A DNA stretch of 64,000 nt from Lingula anatina (lineage: Eukaryota; Animalia; Brachiopoda). Shown here in pieces: positions 36,003-46,642 of this stretch (the stretch's first letter is position 1; each line of letters begins with the position of its first letter). The notes below the pieces were generated by a model. That model was not told where the DNA came from. It searched no databases and was given only the letters and a program-made list of their open reading frames with translations. The stretch is from the NCBI GenBank assembly GCA_051362555.1, contig CM120640.1, forward strand, positions 26,994,503 to 27,058,502, given 5' to 3'. Position numbers and translations under genes: made by a program.

Positions 36003-37015
36003 CTAGCATGCATCAATACAGTCCCTCAAGGAACCATTACATCGGGAGAAACAATTCACCACCTCCAAGTCTAATTGGCGAAAGACAGCGTGGCTGAGGA
36101 CTTTGGCCGTTCTTAGGCTTGCTGCACGTCTTTCTCGACAGGTGTCAGCACATGCCATATTCGCAGTACCGCATTCCCTCTGGAACATGAACATTGTATT
36201 TTAAGTTAATCACGAGATGCGATATTAAAAACCCCAATACAAAGCTTTCTCTCTACTGCAACACGAGTTTCACACAGGATCTGCCTACTCTACTTAACTC
36301 ACAGGGCGAAAAACGGTAACAGGTGACGCCATTAAAAAAAGAGAAATAATAAAACAATGGCATTGTGAGTTATAGACTATATATCCGAGAAAAAAATTAT
36401 CATTTTCAGCAGTCAAACATGTCTTTTTTGTGCACAACCTTTAGAAGGAAAAAAACGTTTGAAAACTGGAAAATTAATCTTAAATGATAGTCTTTTTGAA
36501 CGTTTTTAAATAACATATCCATCTTATATAGGAAATAAAGATATGGAATTCAGAATATATATATATTTTTTCAATTTTACAAAATTGCCTGCAAACCAAA
36601 TTTGACTATCACAATAACAATAATATTTGAGAGAAAATAATGGCCAGTGTCAATTTGTGGACCAAAAAGGAAATAAATCAATTTTAAGCCACCTGTAAGT
36701 ATATTTCATGCTTACAGACATCACCTTGAGTTTCAGAGAGCTCAGGAAAGTCCCCTCTCTACAGGCCAGTTTCTGATGTTCTCTGAAACTTTGGGCAACA
36801 GACATTCACCCTGAAGAAAAATACCCAATGGTGTTTGAATTATACTTCCTATCTTATTGATAAATAGAATTCGAGTAAAGGGAACAATAATGTCTTTTCA
36901 GTTGCATAATTGCTATAAAATGTTACCTTTTACACATTGGACTACTTACAATACAGCCAACAGCATAGGCCACAAATCCGGTAATCAAAAGTAGTGAAAA
37001 CAAATTAGGTGCCAT
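36003..37015 (-). CDS. Secreted cysteine-rich peptide precursor B (80 aa), same 8-Cys framework as precursor A
   Basis: Exon 1 37015-36950 (MAPNLFSLLLITGFVAYAVGCI, donor GTAAGT) plus exon 2 36179-36003 (acceptor TTCCAG; RECGTANMACADTCRERR...VNCFSRCNGSLRDCIDAC*), phase 0/0. TATA at 37094-37101; AATAAA at ~35918-35923. Confidence 0.85.
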
Positions 37016-37093
37016 CTTTGTTAGCGTTTCGGACTGTACTTTTTCAATAAAGTGAGCAGTACCCAAATAAGTTTTTATTTCCACGTAAACGCC

Positions 37094-37101
37094 TTTATAT
37101 A
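37094..37101 (-). promoter_or_regulatory. TATA box (TATATAAA) of peptide gene B
   Basis: Same sequence context and spacing as in paralog A. Confidence 0.7.
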
Positions 37102-37902
37102 GTTCCATTTCCCCATTACTAGGAATTATATACAAAATAACTTACCCTTGTTTTTAAACGGTCATAAGGATGTGAATCTATCATTACCAATCTACAATTC
37201 CTATCTGCATATCCAGAAATTATTGTTCATCAAATCGTCATTTAGAAAAATATTAGGGTTGATTACCAGGCAAGAGAAATAAGTGTATTCAATCAAGGAG
37301 TTATAACAGAATTCCTTGATTCAATTTCAGTCTGTTAGTTCCCACTAGTTAAAGGTTCATTTTCTAAACGTGTAATCCACAGTTAATACAATGGTAAATG
37401 CACAGACAATAATTTCACTTGGCAGCATTTTACCGCTCTTGAAATAATGCGACTCATCCCATTTTACTCAAGCTATTCTGAATTTAGTGACGTTGGTAAG
37501 GTTTACAAAACATGGTGACTCAAGCTTCAAATTCGCAAAAGGCTCAGTCAGGTTTGGGAAAGAATAAATTGGGCAGCTGCTTTTGATTTAAATAATTATG
37601 ATATGTTGTTTTGTTTTACATTGAATCTCAGCAAAAGCTTTTTTCTTTCACAAAGATAAAGAATAATCTTACGAGACTTTCAAAACAAAAAAAGTTTATT
37701 ATAATCTTCTACTGGATTTTCAAAATAAAACAAAAAAGTTTATATCAGCAATGTTTGAGCTAACAATGCCAAGAATTCCTGTGTTAAAGATTGTCAGTGA
37801 CAAAAGGGACGTGTTTCAAAAAGTTTTCCAGTAAAAATGGGCTGAAGCCAAGGAAGGCATCTACAGCATCATCTCTATAGAATCAAGTTCTACATCAGTT
37901 GA

Positions 37903-40900
37903 TCACTGCCCAGTGGCAGGGACTGCAGATTTCTTGCACAGTTTTGCTAAAAGTCCTGACATCTGTAGTAATGATTCCACTCCTTCTGCTATCCTCATGT
38001 GTGTATATCCAATTTCCTATAAATAAAACAATAATACTTTATTTTTCTGATTCAAATTATTGTTTTTCTTTTTATCAAGAGCTTGTAAAATATGTGGGTA
38101 TTACCTCCAATATTTCTGTGACTGTCAGTCACCATCATCAGGGAGTATTTTACATATTTTACAAGCTCTTGATAAAAAGAAAAACAATAATTTGAATTTA
38201 TACATACAGAGCTAATGAAACTGTTCTCTCATTTATTTTTCTGGTCTTTATACCGATACACTTGATAAAACATGTCATGAAGAGTGAGACTCTAGAAACA
38301 CAGACCTCTTATAAATATAAAAATACAAGTTCATGGATTTTGAATCCATAACCGTCTAAATTTTGTTTGAACATGATTTTACAAATTAAAGGCCCAAAAT
38401 ATTCCACAATAACAACCTTATTGTCATTCTGCTAAATCACCATGCAATATGGTGAAAGCAAACCATGCTGCTTTAGAATAATTTAAAAATTTTCCTAACC
38501 TTAATATATTCCAACTTCAAATACTCAGGCATATTGTGTGTTTTGCAGACCCGGAACACAATTGTAATGATGTCCTCTGGAGAGTAACCTAATTTCCACA
38601 GGGAGTGCATTATCTTGTAGGCTTCATCAATGTTTCCGTTCACACAGTGATCAAGTATGTTCTTCACATGAAGTGGGTGAGGTTCATCACACACCTGGAC
38701 AATGAACACAATATGTTTCGTCATTAGTTAAAATTATACAGGTATTTCAAAGGTAGAAAGAAAGAGAAAAAGAAAGAAAAAAAGAGAAAGGAGTGAAAGA
38801 AAAAAAGTGAATCCCAAAATTTTCATCTTATAGACACTTTAATAATTAAACTTTAAATATACAGTATATACATTCTTTGGCAAAGATATAAGGTTAGGTT
38901 ATATCTATAGGAATATTTTTCATATCCCTTTCCCTCTAGAATGCTCTTGTAGATTCATTCTTTATCAGTCTGACTCCATATTTTGAGGAAAACTTACCTT
39001 AAAAACATTTTCACTATTCACATGCCCAAAGCCTTGGAAAGTGGACTGTAAATTGTTTATGCCCTAATAAAAAGACACAAAAGCTGAATAAAACCAAAAT
39101 AAATGCAGAAACTATATATTCTGCCCGAAATTTGTTTTAATCCTTATAAAAACTGTATTTATTTTGCATGTCAGCAATTACAAAGAAATCCAGTTGAATT
39201 AACCTAAAGTCATTCATACATGTGGCAAAACCAACTCTTTAACACAATATGAACAATCCTAACTTAAATTCACTGTCATCTAAACAAACAAAACGGTAAC
39301 CATCAATTTATAAAATAACCACAGACCACAGGCACAGGAGTTCCGGAAAAAAAAAAATTACTCAATTAATATTGAAATTGACCATGGAGTCCTTGGTCTT
39401 TCTCACCTGTCTCATGTCCCCCTGGGCTGTGAAAACTACAGCTTCTAGGCCATCATCTGAATAACTCACATTTTCCTTTTCACATACAGTTAGTAACCTG
39501 TCCAACACCTGTTTGTCAGAGAGTTTGGAATACCTTAAGACAGCACACCGAGACTGGATAGGTTCTGTAATAACATAAAATGCTGTTGATATACACGTGG
39601 AGGGTTTCCAAAAAAAAAACAAAAAAAAAAACAAAAAACATGTTTTAAGGGGTCATCCATTCTTGACATCATTTTCACAAGTTTATTATTATTTTTTTTA
39701 CCTTAAACTTGAAACCATAGATAGATAACATAATTTACCAATAATCTTGTCCGATGCATTGCAAGCTAGAGCAAATCTGGTGGTTTTAGAGTAAATCTCC
39801 ATGGTTCTCCTCAGGGCCTGCTGAGCACCATCAGTCATGCTGAAATAAAGAAGGGGTCATTTTGTACCTGTGGTGTCATTTTCAAAGAAAACAGTTAAAA
39901 AACCCATTGCTTTATTGTAGCATGATGTGAGTGTACAGCAAAAACCAAGGGAGTATCTGTAAGTGACTGATATAACACGGAGAGATGTAAGCATTCTATT
40001 CTCTTGCATATTTACCTGTCTGCCTCATCCAATATGATTATTTTATGTCTTCCTTTTGGCAGAGTGACCTTCTGCTGGGCAAACATCTTGATCTTGTTCC
40101 TAACAACATCTATACCCCTAAGAACAAAATTAAACAGATATTTGTCTGTACAGTACAAAACCTAATGGTATCTGCTATTGTAATTTTGCCTAATGATGAA
40201 TTGTCAAATTCAAGTGAAACTAAGCTACTAACAAATCCAAACAATCTTGTGTATTTTGCTAATTTTAGTTTCCAAAAGAATTCTACCTAAGTGTAAATAA
40301 AAGTGTAATAATATGACAACACAAAAGAGTAAGACATTTATTAATGTATTTTCATATAATGCTTTTATTTAAATATTGCTATGTTCTAGTACAATCTTTA
40401 TATTAGTTTTCTACCTGTCATTAGAGGCATTTAACTCCATAACTGCATCTCTGAAAGAAGGTCCTAATAAAGCTCTGGCCAAGCACAAAATACTAGTCGT
40501 TTTGCCTGTGCCTGGTGGACCCTGTAAACCAAAAGACTGATTTAAAAGTTTAAGTGACTTCAATATTAGTTTTTATGCATCAACATAATCTAGTTAATAA
40601 CAGCAAATATATCATAGACATTTGAATGCATTAAAGCCTAACATGCTGTTGAGACTGATGTGAAAATGAACTGCACACAGGGGCGGATTTAGGCCGTCTT
40701 CTGGGTCTTCCGGAAGACGGTCAGATTTTCAAGTTTACATTGACGGGTATCTATTTTTTCTGTCGGAAGACGGTCAAAAATGGAGGTTGGATCAACAAAG
40801 ATAATTTGGAAGACTGTCAGAAAATATCTCTGAATCCGCCCCTGTGCACATGCTACTGGAAATTAACTTACCGCAATTATTACATTTGGAACATTGCCTT

Positions 40901-41394
40901 CTTTTGCAAACACTTCTAATCGACTGATAGTTTCTGTATTTCCAACTATATCATGTAGTTTCAAAGGACGATATTTCTCTACCCTGCAATGTAAAGCATG
41001 CTTGTTAAAGATACAGAAGTACCTGTACGTACTGTACATTCATTACATAAAAAATATGTATCTCATATTGTCAAACTCTTAAAATCAGATTGTTTTAAAT
41101 GCACCACGTCCAACTGAAATGGAATATTCAATTTTGAAATGTACAAAAAAATGCTGTGTAAATCTATTGTACCGTTCTTCAACCTACCAAACAAATTGCC
41201 CCCCCCCCCCCCCAACACGTCACACATGCAGTTTCTACACCCTAAAAGAACTAAGTCAACATTTCTCACCACGGTAGTTCATAGCCAGATGTTTTGCTTT
41301 CACTGGGCTTTCCTTTAATACTACCACTACTGTCATCTCCAGTGTCTTTCGTCTTCTCAACTTCAATTTCCATGTCTTCTTCACCGCCAGCCAT
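37903..41394 (-). CDS. RFC2: Replication factor C subunit 2 (clamp loader AAA+ ATPase), multi-exon
   Basis: Spliced product contains [89 protein letters not shown] and ends [27 protein letters not shown]...*, matching RFC2. Confidence 0.97.
38050..38197. repeat. Perfect 46 bp inverted repeat with 56 nt spacer in the last RFC2 intron
   Basis: 38050-38095 is the exact reverse complement of 38152-38197. Confidence 0.9.
40678..40844. mobile_element. 167 bp MITE in an RFC2 intron (second copy at 51008-51175)
   Basis: TIR CAGGGGCGGATT / AATCCGCCCCTG with TGCACA on both flanks; a near-identical copy lies in a CHFR intron. Confidence 0.88.
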
Positions 41395-41620
41395 GTTGAC
41401 AAAATTTGTTTCCCGCGAAATCTCGCAGCCTAATTTATTTTACAAACTTCACGTTGATTGGTAAACTTGTAAACAAACCAATCGGGGCAAGGCTTACATT
41501 TGTCTAACCACGTGACATGCCGGGAATTAAGAAAAATACTACGTAAACCGCTCAGAAAAGCCCAGCAGTGAGGGTAGCACAGAGGTGATGTTATGATATT
41601 AAATTTAAGGAAAACTAAAC
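41395..41620. promoter_or_regulatory. Bidirectional promoter RFC2/CENP-Q with E2F-like site, two CCAAT boxes and an E-box
   Basis: Start codons are 226 bp apart head-to-head. TTTCCCGCGAAA at 41409-41420, ATTGG at ~41457, CCAAT at ~41478 and CACGTG at ~41509. Confidence 0.7.
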
Positions 41621-44600
41621 ATGGCACCAAAAAGAAAAAATTCAAAACAGGTAAGATACAAATAATGCGGTGCATAATCGTGACTTGCCTGTTACACTTG
41701 CAGTGCAATGTACATGTACGTCCAATCCAAGTGACAGCTCTAGCCAATCGTTATTATTTACAACCAGGGTATTGTTACTTGTTTTGCAAGCTTTGCTTCA
41801 TTCCTTAGCATTCCCATTTACTTTCTCCGGTATGTAATATAATGCCAGGGACCAAGGAAATGTAACTGTGAGTGATATACCTTCTTTGCCTGGGGCAATG
41901 TAAAGAATCTAAGTGCAAAAGTATCTTGATAATTTTAATGAAACTGAAATTTGTGTCTTCAAGGTGACATCAGAAGGGCGAGGCAAATCCCAGAATAAAA
42001 GAAGAAAAAGATCTAAAGGTAAAATTCCAATTACATCAAGTTTAAGTGGTTTGTTTCATTATACATTTCATGTATCAAATGGGACTTCACTAAAGAGGTG
42101 TTGATGATATTTCAGGTGAAAGACCTCCCAGTGATGAAGGTTCTGATGATCAGTTCTGCAACAAAAACCTGACGGGTAGAGCTTTTGCCAAATGGAAGCC
42201 AATTCACAGGGCAACCAGGGATTTTCTAAGTCAAATGATGGAGTCCACAATAAGGTGTGACATAACATAAGTGTGTGAGTGTGCATGCAAGTCTGTGTAA
42301 AAGATTACATCTTAATTATTTACATTTTTAGTTAATTGAAAGTTCTCTTGGATAACTACATAAGGTCACTATTACCCGTTCATACTATAGTCCTTTATTC
42401 AAATAAATAGCGGATTTGGTCTCGATTAGAATAATTGTAATAGTCTGAACGCATGAGGATTTTTGTTAACCGGTTTCTCAAAATTCTGCTAGCGAGCTAG
42501 ATTTTCTTCAGCTATACGAATAACTTACCGGAACCGACACCTGTTTAGATCTTACTGTGCATATGCGCAGAAAAGTGCGAGTATCTATGAACAATTGTTT
42601 ATCACTTATGTGATTGCACCAAGAGCATTTGGAGGTCACCCCTCACTACAACATGAAGAAATGTAAACTCATTTTGCCATCTGATATGTTCCAAGAATGC
42701 TGTCCAGAATGTCTTTTGAGTTGCATTTACCATCACAAATAAAAACAGAGGACAAAAGCTGAGTACCATTAGAGCTGTAAATGGCCCCATATTTTTGTTT
42801 GGCATTTTGAGTTTTCCTGTGCAGCCCATGCATGAGTGTTCAAAACAGGAAGTTAAACCTGAAATTTTTCAATGTGGGATTTGGTTTTAGATGACAGCGT
42901 GAACGGGGTATATAATATTGTTGATATTGGCTGGGGTTAGAAGCTGACAAACAGGTGAGCAGTTCACTTGATTGTGGACTGCAGCAGCGAAGTGACCATT
43001 TTGCGCTTTAGTCAGTTATTTCATCCTTTTAGTTTATGTAAGCAGATATGCTATAATCTATACCTGTATCTTAAGGATAATTTCTTTAGTCTTTTAGTAA
43101 CTTAGGGTTCATTCTTGATGAAACAGGTGACCAGATGAAACAGATGAACTGGCATTAAGTAGAATACTAAAAGCTGGTGATTATACAAGTGCTTTAACAA
43201 GTGGAGGCGTGTAAATCTGTTAAACTGATTGCATTCAGTGAGAGTCCTCATAAAATTGGATCGATCTACAAAGAATAATATTTCATTAAGAATGAGCCCT
43301 TATTTTATTTTTTCTTTTTTGCTGTACCATGAAATGTAACTGAAATTTCGGTGCGCGGTTTCCCCTGGGGTTGCATGCTATTACTTGACATCTGTGTCCT
43401 TTCTGAATGCCAGAGGGGTCCTGTCACTTCACACATAATAAAGATAATAAGTTTCAAGTTTTAGGTACATTTGTAAAATTTTGTATTTTAAAAGGTTCTT
43501 TCAGTGTGTAGTATTTTTGTAGGTAAAGTGACTCCTTTTACAAACTGCTTATTTGTGAATAAAAATGTTTTTTCTTCTTGTATTTTTAGCTCTGTGTTGG
43601 CAAATACCAGTGCAACAAGCTATGATGATGTGCAAGACCACCTCATTGCATTGAAATCAAGGTAAACTAAGTCATTTGTCTGTGAAATCCCCTGATCTTA
43701 CACAAACAGGCTCCCATTTCACAAAAAAACTTAAGTTGGTTTCCCTGACTAAGAGCTTGGTTACCAACATAATAAAGTCGTTACGTCAATAAGTCTCGTT
43801 TCACAAAGAATCTAAAAGGTCGCTTACGTCGTTTTTTTCTTTGCTGCTAGTCGATGATGTCTAGTCTCCTTGGAAGGAGACTTAAGTCGGCAAGCTCAAC
43901 TAAAAGTCGGTAAATTACATCATAAACAACAAAAATTTGAAAAGAACATACCTCCTTCAAGATAAAGTGTTATAATGTCCTTGAATAGCACTGACATTTA
44001 TTGAATATTTAAATAAAAAATAAAATACACCTTCACCCAGCTGATCGCAAGTTTATGTTTTTGATCGCTAGATGTGCGACAGCAGTGTTACAAGACAAGC
44101 TTATGTTTTACTGTTGCTTTGAAGTTGAATCAATAAAGTTCAAAAACAAACTTTGTTTATGTTTTGACTGATCTTTATTGTTGATAAACGATTGTTCTTG
44201 GACAACTACAGTAAGCACGCCAAGCTAAGACGTTAGAATTCTTTGTGAAACACTTCTAGTCGACTGCAGCGTAGTCGACCTAGCTAGGTCACTCAGCTCA
44301 AGCTAGTCAACTACGGATTTAAGATTCTTTGTGAAACGGGGGGCCTGGTACCAAGTTTGGATTAACTTATCTTCTCATCTTTATGGAATGTCATTACTAT
44401 GGGTGTAATAATTATTTTTATCTTTGTTCATTTGATATTTATATTTTAAAAGTGTCATGAAAAAACTGGAACAGATGAAGGCTCCTGCAACCAGAGCTGC
44501 AGATTACAAGAATCTGGAACAGCTTGCAGTAAGTTCATGGTTTGATGTCCCTAAACTTACAAGTAAAACTTATTTGGAGAGACAGATTAAAAAAAAAGGT

Positions 44601-45698
44601 TAGCAAAACTTTTTAAAGGTAAAGAAAAACTTGATGATCATCTATGAGTAATGGTTTAATGTTAGAAATGGACCTTTGTATGAAGTTTACATATCGTTTC
44701 CATATTACTCGATGCCAACCAGTCCAAGGGAACTGAGTCATTTCAATTGGTCTCTTGCAGCGTAACATAGAAGGTACTCTAGTGAAGAGTTCAAACAAGA
44801 TGGAAAAATTAGAAAAAGAAGTTCAATTATATGAGAGGTAAGTGCTATTAGATCTAGACTATGGAATGGTTTGCTTATCCTTGGGGTCATTTTTATATTT
44901 TTCAAACATGTATTCAATTTCGCCATGTATTCACTATTTAAAAATGTTCTTGCTGGTATTTTGTCAATTTGCATTGCATATATGATATTTACAGTTTAGC
45001 CTTCCAAGCAGAAGAAGATCTTGACAATTACAAAAATGAAGTCACACAGCTGGATGTTCAAACTGATGAGGTAATGCATTACCAAAGGAACCATAGGGTA
45101 TTCTCTGAATGATTTCCAAAATACACTAACATTGCATTAAAATGATGAAAAAAAGCACCTTGAAATTTGACAGCGTTTGTGAATTTTCTGATTTAAGCCA
45201 GTATTCAGGCATATAGACATCCTTGCAGAGCCATTTTCTTGGTAGTTAAAAACTATTTTTATAAACTTGAGTGTATGATATTGGACCATTTGAAAAGAAA
45301 ATTCTCTTATATCATGTTTCTCATTTCAGTTGCATCCTCTCCTCCAGAAAATTGAAGATCCTGTCCTTAACATTCCTGCACTCCCCCAGATAAGTAGCAC
45401 CAAGACTTCACGGGTAAATACTTCCTTCATGTTAGTGCTGCAATATCTCCTTGGCTGACCATTTTTGCATTATAAATTTGGGCACAAATAAGACAAGTAG
45501 TATAATGGTAATTTCAATGGCAATTTTAAAAAAGTTTTTCTTAAATTTTTTTTCTTTCATTTCTTTTAGATCATCAATCCCAGAGTTCTGCCACAAAATT
45601 TAACAGAGATTCTAGACTTCTTGTCAAGTTCCAAAAACAGTCATTTGCAAAAGTTTGTGGAAACACTATCACATTATGCTGGGAAGTTGGATAATTAA
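41621..45698 (+). CDS. CENPQ: Centromere protein Q homolog (CENP-O/P/Q/U complex), 9 coding exons
   Basis: Exons begin near 41621, 41964, 42116, 43590, 44453, 44761, 44995, 45330 and 45570 and splice in frame. Basic N-terminus, WKPIHRATRDFLSQMMESTISSVL...DVQDHLIALKSSVMKKLEQMKAP, coiled coil, LHPLL..VLNIPALP and C-terminal YAGKLDN*, resembling vertebrate CENP-Q (WQPLSKSTRDHLQTMMESVI...AYKKLD, recalled). Confidence 0.78.
42372..42910. mobile_element. Probable MITE (possibly composite) in a CENP-Q intron
   Basis: Short inverted termini TACCCGTTCA.. / ..TGAACGGGGTA around a non-coding interior. Confidence 0.5.
43707..44347. mobile_element. ~640 bp MITE in a CENP-Q intron
   Basis: Inverted termini CAGGCTCCCATTTCACAAA / TTTGTGAAACGGGGGGCCTG, with internal repeats of the GTTTCACAAAGAAT motif at ~43798 and, inverted, at ~44237. 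Confidence 0.72.
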
Positions 45699-45779
45699 AG
45701 ATTGTTTAGTTTACAGATATATTTCTACATCCAAATATGTATGTACACTTACTTTCAGAATGTATGTATGTATTGACTA

Positions 45780-45827
<48 letters not shown>

Positions 45828-46642
45828 ATGTTGAATTGTAAATTGTCTGACAATATTGTTGGGATTTGTTATTAGAGACAGAGAACTGCCATTTTTTTTG
45901 TTGATGTTTTTTGTTCACAGCTACATAGTCTTAAACATCTTTTCTGCAGGGTAATAAAAAAATTATCAATAAAATTTTATTTAATTTTTTTATCGGATCA
46001 AGCTGAATAATACTATGAAGGAGTGTTGGGTGAACATGAAGAAAAATTGAAAATAATTTTTATATTCATTTCAAGTTATAGGTATCTTTCATTTTTGCAT
46101 CATTATTTATTAAAAATCTGCATGTTAAGGCAATTAATATGTTTTATGTATGTGAGGAATAATGAAGATAAATAAACAAAATCCAAATTTGCTGTATTGT
46201 TGGAAAATATTTTCATTAATGATACTTGTCAAGAGATGACTTCTTAAAATTAAATAACAGACAAAAACTTGTGCATCTTTTGCTATATTTCTCATGTCAT
46301 GCAGTTGTCCAATAACGGCGCTATTTCGTGACGCGGACTCACTGAAAAGTTTCAAATAACCGCCATGACGTTACGTTTTTCAGCCAGTTGCCATCTGACT
46401 GATGCTGTTATTAAAACTTCGTTTGGCGAGATATAGCTTACAAAATAAACCAATTGGCTGAAATGACTAAGATAAAATTTCTCAGTTGACATTTCATGTC
46501 TCATTTACTAAAAATGACAAAATTGCAAAATTTATTTCTAGATTCCAGTCTTTCACTTTAACAAAGTTTAATATTAATATTCTGCATTCTTGTGGTCTTG
46601 CATGCATGGAATATTTGCCTCTCCACAAAAAATATGCCAATA

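Larger units (their letters stand above)
34843..37900. repeat. Segmental duplication copy 2 (paralogous to ~18616-21550)
   Basis: See copy 1. Spans almost exactly the interval between the GT92 stop (34781) and the RFC2 stop (37903). Confidence 0.92.

Noticed and set aside
36713-36927. Alternative peptide gene model using the later donor (AAG|GTAACA, ~36926) and a middle exon at ~36716-36810
   Set aside because: The putative middle exon has stops in all three frames and that donor is absent in paralog A. The earlier GTAAGT donor is conserved in both paralogs and gives the symmetric 8-Cys product.
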